Assembly (NCBI GenBank): GCA_965116495.1
Contig: OZ220696.1
Location: forward strand, 832,001 to 896,000
Length of the DNA stretch: 64,000 nt
Reading direction: 5' to 3'
Source: Gammaproteobacteria bacterium
Lineage (GTDB): Bacteria > Pseudomonadota > Gammaproteobacteria > Eutrophobiales > Eutrophobiaceae
Shown: positions 10,534 through 27,557 of the stretch, in pieces
Numbering within the stretch: position 1 is the stretch's first letter
Layout: the number at the start of each line of letters is the position of its first letter
Translations under genes and position numbers: made by a program
The notes under the pieces: generated by a model
What the model saw: only the letters and a program-made list of their open reading frames with translations
The model's database searches: none
Told to the model about the DNA's origin: nothing

Positions 10534-11856
10534 ATGGGTGCAAATATCAGTAACCAGGAGATCGCCTCACTGGTGGAGCCTGCACGGGTACATAAGCGTG
10601 TTTATACGGACCCGACCATTTTTGAACTGGAAATGGAACGCATCTGGGGCAGTGCCTGGGTCTATATCGGACATGAAAGCCAGGTAAAGTCCCCCGGAGA
10701 TTACTTCACCACAACACTCGGCAAGCAACCGATCATCGTCACCCGGCACGATGATCACCAGGTACACGTCCTGTATAACCGTTGCGCCCATAAAGGCGCA
10801 CAACTGGCTATCGAAGCATGCGGCCACGCGCAACAATTGCGCTGCGCCTATCATGGTTACGTGTTCGATACCGCCGGTAACCTGGTACATATTCCCAAGC
10901 CGGAAGGATATAAAGGCTCGGTATTTACCCGTGACAGCCACCTGACCAATATACGCAAGGTCGCCAGAGTCGAGATATATCGCGGTTTTATTTTTGCCAA
11001 CCAGTCGCACCAGGGACCGGACCTGAAGAGCTGGCTTGGTGCAGCCATTACCTCGTTTGATAACGCCGTGGACAGGTCACCTACGGGTGAGATTGAAATG
11101 ACCGGTGGCGTGTTGCGCTATATGCACGATGCCAACTGGAAAATTCTGCTGGAAAACGTATCAGACAACCTGCACCCGGCCGTTACTCACCAATCCGCCT
11201 GGCAGCCGGCAAAACAAATGGCCCGGCAATATCCGGAAAATGAAAAACCCCTGCCTCTGGCTATGCTGGAACCGTTCGGTTCCAGCTATGAATTTTTCGA
11301 TTCCATAGCCATGACGACCTGCGGCAACGGCCATACCTGGTCCGGAGGCAATGCTACGATACATATCGGTTATCCGCGTGAATCAAAGTACGTGCAGGAT
11401 ATGGTCGCAGCTTACGGTGAGGAGGAAACCAACCGGATCCTGGCCATGCAACGGCAGAACACGATCATCTACCCGAGTATCGCCTTCAAGAGCGCGTTGC
11501 AGACGATTCGGGTTTACCGCCCCATCGCCGTGGACAAGACTATCCAGGAAACCTGGACATTCAAACTCGGTGGCGTATCGGATGACATGCTGCATACCTC
11601 GGTACTCTATAACCAGTTGATCTTCTCCCCGTTTTCCATAGCGGGCCACGATGATTACGAAGCCTACCACCGTATTCAACACGGCCTGCAGACGGAGGCA
11701 TCCGAGTGGGTTAGCCAGCACCGTCACTACGGCCGTGACCAGGCCAACCAGGACGGTACCACCCAGGCATTGGGGACCAGCGATATCGTGTTCCGGCACG
11801 AGTTCGAAGCCTGGAAGAATTACATGACTGATTCATCCGCAGATGACGCAGATTAA
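10534..11856 (+). CDS. Rieske aromatic ring-hydroxylating oxygenase alpha subunit
   Basis: CAH...CAYH Rieske motif; NWK..ENVSDNLHPAVTH and DD.E mononuclear Fe motifs; start placed at ATG 10534. Confidence 0.9.
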   Translation: MGANISNQEIASLVEPARVHKRVYTDPTIFELEMERIWGSAWVYIGHESQVKSPGDYFTTTLGKQPIIVTRHDDHQVHVLYNRCAHKGAQLAIEACGHAQQLRCAYHGYVFDTAGNLVHIPKPEGYKGSVFTRDSHLTNIRKVARVEIYRGFIFANQSHQGPDLKSWLGAAITSFDNAVDRSPTGEIEMTGGVLRYMHDANWKILLENVSDNLHPAVTHQSAWQPAKQMARQYPENEKPLPLAMLEPFGSSYEFFDSIAMTTCGNGHTWSGGNATIHIGYPRESKYVQDMVAAYGEEETNRILAMQRQNTIIYPSIAFKSALQTIRVYRPIAVDKTIQETWTFKLGGVSDDMLHTSVLYNQLIFSPFSIAGHDDYEAYHRIQHGLQTEASEWVSQHRHYGRDQANQDGTTQALGTSDIVFRHEFEAWKNYMTDSSADDAD

Positions 11857-11979
11857 CGCAGATAAAAAGACAGTTTTCTGGTCGTAGAGCGGGCAAAATA
11901 CTTCCCGGAATATTGGATTGGAGCCTCCGTACTCAATGAAACAAAATATAATCTGCGCTGATCTGCGCCATCTGCGGAT
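11835..11979. repeat. Inverted-repeat element with ~10-bp periodic arms (CGCAGAT family), copy 1
   Basis: Left arm 11835-11863 ATCCGCAGATGACGCAGATTAACGCAGAT; right arm 11951-11979 is its reverse complement with 3 mismatches. Confidence 0.85.
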
Positions 11980-12011
11980 AAATATTTGGATAACCTGCGG
12001 ACAAAAATAGC

Positions 12012-13478
12012 ATGTGGAAACCGCCGGAGAGAGTCAAGCATAAACCACAACCCGGGGTAAGCCCCGATATGGATGAGGCTGCTGCTGCGCTGATGTTCAC
12101 CCCGGTCAGTCTCGGTCCTTTTACCCTGGAACAACGTACCTGGGTGCCGGCGATGGTGCCCTGGCGTTCCAATGAAGACGGCTTTGTCACCGACGATGTG
12201 CTGGGCTGGTATGAACGGTTTGCCAGGGGGCAGCCCGGAGCCATCGTCATCGAGGCAACCGGTATCCGGGACATTCCCAGCGGACCTTTGCTGCGTATCG
12301 GGGATGACCGGTTTATCCCGGGCCTGAGAGAACTGGCGGATGTGGTGAGAACGGCCAGCGCCGGACATACCCGCTTGCTTATCCAGGTGATCGACTTTCT
12401 CGCTATCCGGCGCCGCCCGGATCCGGCCAAGTACTTTTCCCGTTTTCTGGCTGTCACCGATCTCCACAGGGAGAAGCTGTCCGCCCATGACTGGCCGGAG
12501 CAACGTATCAGGACACACCTGGCCGGTTTGCCTGATGAGGAACTTGATGAAATATTGACTGTTGAAGAACTGGAAGCCTTGCGCATGGGATACCGGGAAC
12601 GGGTCACGGACATGCATCTGCCCCATGTAAAAAACCTGCCGCAGGTACTGCCTGACCTGTTTGCGCAGGCTGCCCGGCGCGCCCGGGAGGCAGGTATCGA
12701 CGGTGTGGAACTCCATTATGCCCATGCCTACACGATGGCTTCGTTTCTGTCTGCGACAAATTGCCGTACGGACGGTTACGGCGGCCCCCGGGAAAACAGG
12801 GTGCGTTTACCCCTGGAGATATTCAACCATATACGCGACGTGGTCGGTGAGGACTATTGTGTCGGCTGCCGTTTCCTCAGCGATGAGTGCATAGAAGGCG
12901 GCAACACAGTTGAAGACGCCATGTATTTCGCAGTCGAATTTGCACAAGCCGGCATGGATTTCATCTCACTGTCCCGGGGAGGCAAATTTGATGACGCCAA
13001 ACAACCGCAAATCGGCTGGGCTGCTTATCCTTATACGGGACGCAGCGGATATGAATGCATGCCCGGTTATATCTCCGATGAATTCGGCCCTTTTGGCCGT
13101 AACGTTGAACCCACCACACAAATCAAAACGGCAATTGATGCGGCCGGATACGCCACGCCCGTGGTTGTCATCGGCGGAATTCACGGGTTCAGGCAGGCGG
13201 AAACCCTGCTGCGGGAGGGCAAAGCCGATATCATAGGCGCAGCCCGCCAGAGTCTTGCCGACCCCGACTGGTTTCTGAAACTCAGGCTGGGGAAGGGTGA
13301 CCAGGTAAGGGTATGCGAATATACCAACTACTGCGAAGGTCTGGACACGAAACACAAACAGGTAACCTGCCAGCTCTGGGACCGGCTGCAACTGGATGAA
13401 CAGGGCATAAAATTATCCAGCGACGGCCGGCGCCGCCTGGTCGCCCCCGAGTGGACGCGTTTGCCCGGAGCAGATTAG
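12012..13478 (+). CDS. NADH:flavin oxidoreductase (Old Yellow Enzyme family)
   Basis: DGVELHYAHAYTMASFLS, RTDGYGG..ENRVR, ARQSLADPDW and C-terminal CEYTNYC motifs. Confidence 0.88.
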   Translation: MWKPPERVKHKPQPGVSPDMDEAAAALMFTPVSLGPFTLEQRTWVPAMVPWRSNEDGFVTDDVLGWYERFARGQPGAIVIEATGIRDIPSGPLLRIGDDRFIPGLRELADVVRTASAGHTRLLIQVIDFLAIRRRPDPAKYFSRFLAVTDLHREKLSAHDWPEQRIRTHLAGLPDEELDEILTVEELEALRMGYRERVTDMHLPHVKNLPQVLPDLFAQAARRAREAGIDGVELHYAHAYTMASFLSATNCRTDGYGGPRENRVRLPLEIFNHIRDVVGEDYCVGCRFLSDECIEGGNTVEDAMYFAVEFAQAGMDFISLSRGGKFDDAKQPQIGWAAYPYTGRSGYECMPGYISDEFGPFGRNVEPTTQIKTAIDAAGYATPVVVIGGIHGFRQAETLLREGKADIIGAARQSLADPDWFLKLRLGKGDQVRVCEYTNYCEGLDTKHKQVTCQLWDRLQLDEQGIKLSSDGRRRLVAPEWTRLPGAD

Positions 13479-13538
13479 GGTGCGCCGGGGAAGGCGTACA
13501 TTACCCAGACAGGTTAAGTATCTTTTTCCGCCTCCGGC

Positions 13539-13973
13539 TCACCCCTGCTGGCGTTCCTTGATTTCATCAAGGGTTTTACAGTCGATGCAGAGGGTTGCCG
13601 TCGGCCTGGCCTCAAGCCGTTGAATTCCAATCTCTCCAGCGCAGATTTCACAATAACCATAATCGCCCGATTCCAGCATCATTAACGACTCATTGATTTT
13701 TTTAATCAGTTTTCGTTCGCGATCCCGCGTCCTTAACTCAAGGGCGAATTCTTCTTCCTGGGTGGCGCGATCGTTGGGGTCGGGAAAATTGGATGCTTCA
13801 TCCTGCATGTGATGCACGGTTCGCTCCACTTCTTCCATCAAAGCCTGCTTCCACTCAATTAACAGGCTACGGAAATGCTCAACCTGGGCGGGCTTCATAT
13901 ACTCACCTGACGCTACTTCACTGCTGATTGGACTGATTTTGCGGGTGTGTTCACCCGTGGCGACCTTTTTCAT
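13539..13973 (-). CDS. dksA: RNA polymerase-binding transcription factor DksA
   Basis: DPNDRATQEEE coiled-coil tip; CEIC...CIDC zinc finger. Confidence 0.96.
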   Translation of the reverse strand: MKKVATGEHTRKISPISSEVASGEYMKPAQVEHFRSLLIEWKQALMEEVERTVHHMQDEASNFPDPNDRATQEEEFALELRTRDRERKLIKKINESLMMLESGDYGYCEICAGEIGIQRLEARPTATLCIDCKTLDEIKERQQG

Positions 13974-14081
13974 TTCATTAATTACCGAACCGTATTTCAG
14001 TTACATATGGCCTGGGCCTTCTTGTGCAATTATGTGTGTATTTGAAACCATATTCATACTTCGTGTCAACGAAAATGAAAA

Positions 14082-14189
14082 GTGTGAAAAGTGGGGTCAG
14101 GTCGCACAATGCACATGCTGAGGAAACCAATGTGAAGCCAAGCAACTCTCCAATATGTGTATTGTGCGACCTGACCCCACTTTTCACAC
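14082..14189. repeat. 35-bp inverted-repeat pair (GGGGTCAGGTC family)
   Basis: 14082-14116 and 14155-14189 are reverse complements with 1 mismatch; 38-nt spacer. Confidence 0.9.
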
Positions 14190-14190
14190 C

Positions 14191-14580
14191 TCAAGGCAGA
14201 GTCACTTTTTCGGGGATATGCCAGTCCTCTTTTTTATGTTCTGCAGTGACTGACGTATAGATTCCGCCGCGCACGTTAAAGTCTGCAGTCAATTTCATAT
14301 ACCTGGGAGAAATTGCTGCTACCAGGTCGGATAGAATACTGTTGGTTACGGCTTCATGGAACGCGCCTTCATCACGATACGACCATATATAGAGTTTGAG
14401 TGACTTCAATTCAACGCATAACTGGTCCGGAACGTAATGGAGATGCAACGTAGCAAAGTCCGGTTGTCCCGTAACAGGGCATAAACAGGTAAACTCAGGC
14501 AGCCTGATACTGATCGTATAATCACGCCCGGGTTCCGGGTTAGTAAAAGTATCCAGTGTTTTGGATGCTGTTATCGTCAT
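14191..14580 (-). CDS. queF: 7-cyano-7-deazaguanine (preQ0) reductase, single-domain type
   Basis: [27 protein letters not shown] and RGGI motifs. Confidence 0.95.
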   Translation of the reverse strand: MTITASKTLDTFTNPEPGRDYTISIRLPEFTCLCPVTGQPDFATLHLHYVPDQLCVELKSLKLYIWSYRDEGAFHEAVTNSILSDLVAAISPRYMKLTADFNVRGGIYTSVTAEHKKEDWHIPEKVTLP

Positions 14581-14742
14581 GCCGCTTTCAAACCATCTTA
14601 TCCAAGTGGGCAATTATAGCAATCTTTACAGTCACATGTCTAAGAAGATACTTTATTATTTACTAATATAATTTGTAATTACAATTTATTACATATATAT
14701 ATTAATCTAATATATAAAGACTGAGGGTCTCATATTCCATAT

Positions 14743-14904
14743 CAGGGTTATCTTAAAGTCATTACCCGCTTTCAAATCTCCCACCCGTCATTCCTGCACA
14801 AGCAGGAATCCACATTCATTGTGTATAAAAAATTATGTTTTCATTGGATTCCGGATCAAGCCCGGAATGACAGCGGGGCGCATACCGACTTTGAGATAGC
14901 CCTG
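14743..14904. mobile_element. Non-autonomous MITE, copy 1 (CAGGG ends, 10-bp TSD)
   Basis: 18-bp TIR CAGGGTTATCTTAAAGTC / GACTTTGAGATAGCCCTG; flanked by direct repeat TATTCCATAT (14733-14742 and 14905-14914); near-identical to 36015-36186. Confidence 0.9.
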
Positions 14905-14959
14905 TATTCCATATACCTTTACTTGTATCTTGCAGTTCAAAACGGTATGGTTATAACTC

Positions 14960-22088
<7,129 letters not shown>

Positions 22089-22193
22089 ACAGGTGCAATA
22101 TATGGAGCAAGATAATATAATTGATTCTCTGCACACATTTATAAAATTTTGTCGTGCCTGAGCGCTGTCCTCACGTCATGACAGAAATTTACC

Positions 22194-22775
22194 ATGGAAC
22201 CTGATATATCCGACCAAATACTCGTAGAAAGGGTTAAAAGTGGGGACAAGAAAGCGTTTGATGCGCTGGTGGTCAAGTACCAGGGCAGGATTTTGAACCT
22301 GATATCCCGCTTCGTTCACAACCCTTACGATGCCAGTGACATTGCCCAGGAAGCTTTTATCAAGGCTTACAGCGCATTGCCGAAGTTTCGTGGCGACAGC
22401 GCATTCTATACCTGGCTCTACCGGATTGCCATAAATACGGCAAAAAATTTTCTTGCCTCAAGATCGCGTCAACCTTTTGATACGGCCGTGGATTTTAATG
22501 AAATGGAACAAACAGAGCGAAGTGACAGTCTAAGGGAGCAGACAACGCCGGAACGCTTGCTGCTGACTCGTGAATTGCAAGAAACCATAATTTCAGCAAT
22601 TGAAGAGTTGCCGGTAGATTTGCGTTCGGCAATCACATTGCGTGAAATAGACGGACTGAGCTACCAGGAGATCGCAACAGTTATGGACTGCCCGGTCGGC
22701 ACGGTGCGTTCGCGTATTTTTCGCGCCAGGGAAGCGGTGGATAAACGATTAAAACCTTTACTTGTTGATGATTAA
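22194..22775 (+). CDS. rpoE: ECF sigma factor RpoE
   Basis: FRGDSAFYTWLYRIAINTAKN and CPVGTVRSRIFRARE; nadB-rpoE synteny. Confidence 0.96.
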   Translation: MEPDISDQILVERVKSGDKKAFDALVVKYQGRILNLISRFVHNPYDASDIAQEAFIKAYSALPKFRGDSAFYTWLYRIAINTAKNFLASRSRQPFDTAVDFNEMEQTERSDSLREQTTPERLLLTRELQETIISAIEELPVDLRSAITLREIDGLSYQEIATVMDCPVGTVRSRIFRAREAVDKRLKPLLVDD

Positions 22776-22776
22776 T

Positions 22777-23340
22777 ATGAACGATTCAAAAAAAGAACAG
22801 TTATCTTCTTTTATGGATGGTGAGATTGACGGGCAGGACAAAAAACTGGTCGACAGGTTACTGAAGGATCCCGAACTGTCGGACACCTGGTCGCGCTACC
22901 ATTTGATTTCGGACTGCCTCAAACAAAATCTGCCCGAACGCATTGACAGGGACCTGGCGGTAAATGTTTCAAAATCCGTACAAAATGAACCCGCAATCGT
23001 CGCCCCCGTGCGCCTGTCTCATCCGCTCATCAAACCCGTTACAGGGTTTGCCATAGCCGCTTCCGTTACTGCGCTGGCTATTCTGGGCATACAACAACAG
23101 CAGTTGGGCGGGCCGCACGAAATACCTCAGGATACGCTGGTGCAAACCGTGCCCGGTACCGGCGGCGGCAATGTCTATGCGCCGGTACGACAGGTAAGTT
23201 CGGGAAGCAATGAGGTGATGACTGAATGCGATAACCAGGCGACCGGGAGCAACCAGGTGAATTCAGGCAATGAAGAACAGGCACTGGAAGACAGGGTAGA
23301 GGGCGCTGGTGCGGATGGAAGAGGAGTGAATTGCCGATGA
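22777..23340 (+). CDS. rseA: Anti-sigma-E factor RseA
   Basis: EQLSSFMDGE..W.RYHLI N-terminal domain and FAIAASV transmembrane helix. Confidence 0.88.
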   Translation: MNDSKKEQLSSFMDGEIDGQDKKLVDRLLKDPELSDTWSRYHLISDCLKQNLPERIDRDLAVNVSKSVQNEPAIVAPVRLSHPLIKPVTGFAIAASVTALAILGIQQQQLGGPHEIPQDTLVQTVPGTGGGNVYAPVRQVSSGSNEVMTECDNQATGSNQVNSGNEEQALEDRVEGAGADGRGVNCR

Positions 23341-23432
23341 TGTCAACAGGCTTGCCGTTACCGTGCCGGATTATTTCCGGGAATGTACAGCCGAGTGTAG
23401 TCCTGGTTGTTTTGCATGAAGTAAAAAACCAG

Positions 23433-24866
23433 GTGATCAATGCTCTCTGTTACAGGTATATCCTGCCGGCACTTTTTCTGTGTATTACGGGGACGGCAAG
23501 TGCCGCGCCCTTGCCTGATTTTACGGCGCTGGTGCAGGATAACTCTGCGGCCGTCGTCAACATCAGTACGACTTTCAGGAAAGATAACCCTGAAGCCTCC
23601 GGGAGGCCGCAGATACCGGACGTGCCTGAGGACAGCCCGTTTTATGATTTTTTCCGTAAGTTTTTTGAGGAACAGGCGCCGGAAAACCGGGGAATGCCAA
23701 GAGAGGCAGCCTCCCTCGGGTCAGGGTTTATAATTTCAGAGGACGGTTATGTCATTACCAACAGTCACGTAGTCGCTGATGCTGATGAAATCATCGTCAG
23801 ACTGAGTGACCGCAGGGAGTTTATCGCTGAAATAGTCGGCACCGACAAGCGTAGTGATATTGCGCTGCTTAAAGTTGACGGAAACGGCCTGCCCGTAGTC
23901 AGGCTGGGCAGTTCCTCGGAGCTGAAGGTCGGGGAATGGGTGCTGGCAATAGGGTCGCCTTTCGGTTTTGATTATTCGGTTACCCAGGGGATAGTGAGCG
24001 CGATAGGCAGGAGCCTGCCAAATGAAAATTATATTCCCTTCATTCAAACAGATGTCGCGATTAACCCGGGGAACTCCGGTGGTCCCTTGTTCAACCTGGA
24101 CGGTGAAGTAATCGGGGTAAACTCACAAATATACAGCCGTACCGGTGGGTTCATGGGCCTGTCTTTCGCAGTGCCTGTCGACGTGGTCGTCAATGTGTAT
24201 TCACAGCTACGGGAAACCGGTCATGTTACCCGGGGTTGGCTCGGTGTGCTGATACAGGATGTGACGCGGGAACTGGCCGAATCGTTTAACATGGACAAGC
24301 CCCATGGCGCTCTGGTTGCAAAAGTGTTGACTGACAGTCCCGCACAAGCCGCAGGCATTGAAGTGGGTGATATCATCATCGGGTATGACGGCACCGGGAT
24401 CGCATTTTCATCCGACCTGCCTCCCCTGGTCGGAAACAGTAAAATCAACACAAAAGTGCCGCTGGAAATCATCCGGGAAGGGAAGCGTAAACACCTCGAG
24501 GTCCTGATTGCAACACTGCCCGAAGAAGGTCAAATCGCACGCGCAGAAAGTGCCGCTCCACAGGTTGAGCCGTCCAATGCAATGAATCTCGTGGTCGGTG
24601 AACTGACGGAGGAGCAGAGAAAAAAGCTGGACCTGCCCAAACACGGTATAATGGTCAAACAAGTAAAGCCCGGGCCGGGTGGTGAATCTGGAATTCGTAA
24701 AGGGGATGTAATTTTGATAGTGAATAATATACATGTGGAAAGCGTTTCACAGTTTGAACAGATACTTGCGGAATTGCCGCGTAACCGTTCTGTCCCAATC
24801 CTGATCCAAAGACGCGGCGCACCGACGTTCCTGGCGTTCAAACTGACTGGAGAAGAAGACGAATAA
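23433..24866 (+). CDS. degP: Do/DegQ family periplasmic serine protease (MucD-like)
   Basis: TNSHV, DIALLK and GNSGGP catalytic triad; two PDZ domains; start tentatively at GTG 23433. Confidence 0.9.
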   Translation: MINALCYRYILPALFLCITGTASAAPLPDFTALVQDNSAAVVNISTTFRKDNPEASGRPQIPDVPEDSPFYDFFRKFFEEQAPENRGMPREAASLGSGFIISEDGYVITNSHVVADADEIIVRLSDRREFIAEIVGTDKRSDIALLKVDGNGLPVVRLGSSSELKVGEWVLAIGSPFGFDYSVTQGIVSAIGRSLPNENYIPFIQTDVAINPGNSGGPLFNLDGEVIGVNSQIYSRTGGFMGLSFAVPVDVVVNVYSQLRETGHVTRGWLGVLIQDVTRELAESFNMDKPHGALVAKVLTDSPAQAAGIEVGDIIIGYDGTGIAFSSDLPPLVGNSKINTKVPLEIIREGKRKHLEVLIATLPEEGQIARAESAAPQVEPSNAMNLVVGELTEEQRKKLDLPKHGIMVKQVKPGPGGESGIRKGDVILIVNNIHVESVSQFEQILAELPRNRSVPILIQRRGAPTFLAFKLTGEEDE

Positions 24867-24915
24867 GCTTTGTCCGGCCACTCCATATAAACGTTAGTTT
24901 TACAGTCCGGTTTAT

Positions 24916-26712
24916 ATGGAGCGGATCAGAAACTTTTCCATCATCGCGCACATAGACCACGGCAAGTCTACACTCGCTGATCGGTTTATCCAGGTTTGCG
25001 GCGGGTTGAGTGAGCGGGAAATGTCCGCGCAGGTGCTGGATTCGATGGAGTTGGAAAGAGAGCGTGGCATTACGATTAAATCCCAGAGTGTGCGGCTGGA
25101 TTATCCCCACTGTGACGGCCACTCGTACCAGTTCAATATTATTGACACGCCCGGCCATGTCGATTTCAGTTATGAAGTGTCCCGTTCGTTATCAGCATGC
25201 GAAGGCGCTTTGCTGGTTGTGGATTGTACCCAGAGCGTAGAGGCACAGACCGTAGCAAACTGTTTTGCCGCCATTGATAATGGACTGGATGTAATCCCGG
25301 TCCTGAACAAGATTGATTTGCCGGCGGCCGACCCTGAAAAGGTGATGCTGGATATTGAGGAGTTAATCGGAATTGACGCAAGGAATGCCCTGCTGGTCAG
25401 CGCCAAAACCGGGGAGGGACTGGAGCAACTGCTTGGCGCCATAATAGAACGCATCCCGCCTCCTCAAGGTAATACCGACGCACCGTTGACGGCATTGATC
25501 ATCGATTCCTGGTTTGATAATTACCTGGGAGTAGTCTCCCTGGTACGCGTCAATGAGGGCAGCTTGAGAGTCGGCGACAAGATCAGAATATTTTCAACAG
25601 GGCAGAATTACAGCGTTGATGAGGTCGGGTCATTTACGCCCAAGAGAACACCGGGTTCCTGCCTGGCTACAGGCGAGGTTGGTTACGTTGTGGCCGGGAT
25701 CAAGGAAATTCTCGGCGCGCCCGTAGGCGATACCATCACTTCAGGCAAACACCCGGTGGAACGCCCGGTACCTGGTTTCCAGCCTGCCAAGCCGCGTGTC
25801 TTTGCCGGCATGTTTCCTATCGAATCCAGTGATTTCGAGGACTTTCGCGAGGCCTTGGCCAAACTGAAATTAAATGACGCGGCGTTGTATTTTGAACCTG
25901 AAACCTCACAGGCCCTGGGCTTCGGGTTCCGTTGCGGATTTCTGGGTATGTTGCATATGGAAATTGTCCAGGAACGCCTGGAGCGTGAGTACGATATGAA
26001 CCTGATAATCACGGCGCCCACCGTGGTATATGAAATTGAAACCACTTCCGGTTCCAGGTTGTACATTGATAATCCCGCCGACCTCCCCGGCACGGATAAG
26101 GTCGTTGCAGTTCGGGAACCCGTAGTTCGTGCTGATATACTGACACCGCAGGAGTACCTGGGCAACGTGATCTCCCTGTGCATCGAGAAAAGAGGCGAAC
26201 AAAAGAAATTGCACTATGCCGGGCGGCAGGTAGCCATTGCTTTCGAGATGCCTCTCAGCGAAATTGTGCTGGATTTTTTTGACCGATTGAAATCGGTAAG
26301 CAGAGGGTATGCGTCTTTTGATTATCATTTTGAACGCTATAATGAGGCGCCCCTGGTTAAACTGGACGTGTTGATTAACGGCACCCGGGTGGATGCATTG
26401 TCATGTATCGTCCACCGGGACCTGGCACAACGCCGCGGGCGGGAACTGGCGACAAAGATGAAACAACTGGTACCGCGCCAGATGTATGAAGTGGCGATAC
26501 AGGCGGCGATAGGTTCGAAAATCATTGCTCGGGAATCCGTCAAGGCACTACGAAAGAACGTTACGGCCAAGTGTTACGGCGGTGACGTAACGCGCAAGAG
26601 AAAACTACTCGAGAAACAAAAAGCAGGGAAAAAAAGAATGAAACAACTGGGTTCGGTTGAGATTCCGCAGTCGGCGTTTATGGCTATTCTGCATGTAGGT
26701 GGCGAGCAATGA
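24916..26712 (+). CDS. lepA: Elongation factor 4
   Basis: [21 protein letters not shown], and [19 protein letters not shown]-terminal domain. Confidence 0.98.
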   Translation: MERIRNFSIIAHIDHGKSTLADRFIQVCGGLSEREMSAQVLDSMELERERGITIKSQSVRLDYPHCDGHSYQFNIIDTPGHVDFSYEVSRSLSACEGALLVVDCTQSVEAQTVANCFAAIDNGLDVIPVLNKIDLPAADPEKVMLDIEELIGIDARNALLVSAKTGEGLEQLLGAIIERIPPPQGNTDAPLTALIIDSWFDNYLGVVSLVRVNEGSLRVGDKIRIFSTGQNYSVDEVGSFTPKRTPGSCLATGEVGYVVAGIKEILGAPVGDTITSGKHPVERPVPGFQPAKPRVFAGMFPIESSDFEDFREALAKLKLNDAALYFEPETSQALGFGFRCGFLGMLHMEIVQERLEREYDMNLIITAPTVVYEIETTSGSRLYIDNPADLPGTDKVVAVREPVVRADILTPQEYLGNVISLCIEKRGEQKKLHYAGRQVAIAFEMPLSEIVLDFFDRLKSVSRGYASFDYHFERYNEAPLVKLDVLINGTRVDALSCIVHRDLAQRRGRELATKMKQLVPRQMYEVAIQAAIGSKIIARESVKALRKNVTAKCYGGDVTRKRKLLEKQKAGKKRMKQLGSVEIPQSAFMAILHVGGEQ

Positions 26713-27518
26713 GCTTCGATTTCGCTGCATTGCTGGTATTGCTGACCTTTGCCAGCGGCATAGTCTGGGGTCTCGACGCCCTGTATTTTGCGCAGGGCAG
26801 AACTACTTCTGCTGCTGACGGCGGCGAGAGCAAAGAACCGTTAATCGTGGATTATGCCCGTTCGTTGTTTCCTGTCTTTTTGATCGTGTTGATCCTGCGC
26901 TCATTCATTGTTGAACCGTTCCGTATTCCCTCTGCATCCATGATGCCGACCCTGTTACGAGGCGATTTCATCCTGGTAAACAAGCACGATTACGGCATTC
27001 GTCTGCCGGTTCTGAATACCAAGGTATTCGGTAACGGGAAACCGCAACGGGGTGATGTTGTCGTCTTTCGCTACCCTGAAGACCCCGCAATTCCCTTTAT
27101 CAAGAGAGTAGTCGGTTTGCCCGGAGATCACCTGCAATACAAGGACAAAAGCCTGACAATTAATGGTGTTGGCGTCGAACTCAAACTGAAGGAGATTTAT
27201 CAGAGTGAGGGGGTGGGAAAGAGGGAGAACGGTTCTTATCGATTGCTGGAACAACTGGATGAAGTTCATCACGATATCCTGATTAACCCTCTGCAATCCC
27301 CGGCCGTGGAGGTTGACCGGAAAATTCCTCAAGGACATTATTTTGTTCTGGGTGATAACCGTGACAACAGCAGGGACAGCCGTTACTGGGGCCTGGTCCC
27401 GGATGAGAATCTCGTGGGAAGGGCATTTTATATATGGATGAACTGGAGCAGCGACGGTATTCTTGATTTTCACAGCTGGGATATGGATTGGGACCGGATT
27501 GGGACAACCATAAATTAA
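26709..27518 (+). CDS. lepB: Signal peptidase I
   Basis: [35 protein letters not shown]. Confidence 0.97.
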   Translation: MSFDFAALLVLLTFASGIVWGLDALYFAQGRTTSAADGGESKEPLIVDYARSLFPVFLIVLILRSFIVEPFRIPSASMMPTLLRGDFILVNKHDYGIRLPVLNTKVFGNGKPQRGDVVVFRYPEDPAIPFIKRVVGLPGDHLQYKDKSLTINGVGVELKLKEIYQSEGVGKRENGSYRLLEQLDEVHHDILINPLQSPAVEVDRKIPQGHYFVLGDNRDNSRDSRYWGLVPDENLVGRAFYIWMNWSSDGILDFHSWDMDWDRIGTTIN

Positions 27519-27550
27519 CCCGACCAATTTGGGACAACCATAAATTAACC
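27499..27550 (+). repeat. 22-bp direct repeat (30-bp period) at the lepB 3' end
   Basis: TTGGGACAACCATAAATTAACC at 27499-27520 and 27529-27550. Confidence 0.9.
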
Positions 27551-27557
27551 TGCGGTC

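Noticed and set aside
27499-27550. Mini CRISPR array
   Set aside because: Only two repeats with an 8-nt spacer, the repeat is the lepB coding end, and there are no cas genes.
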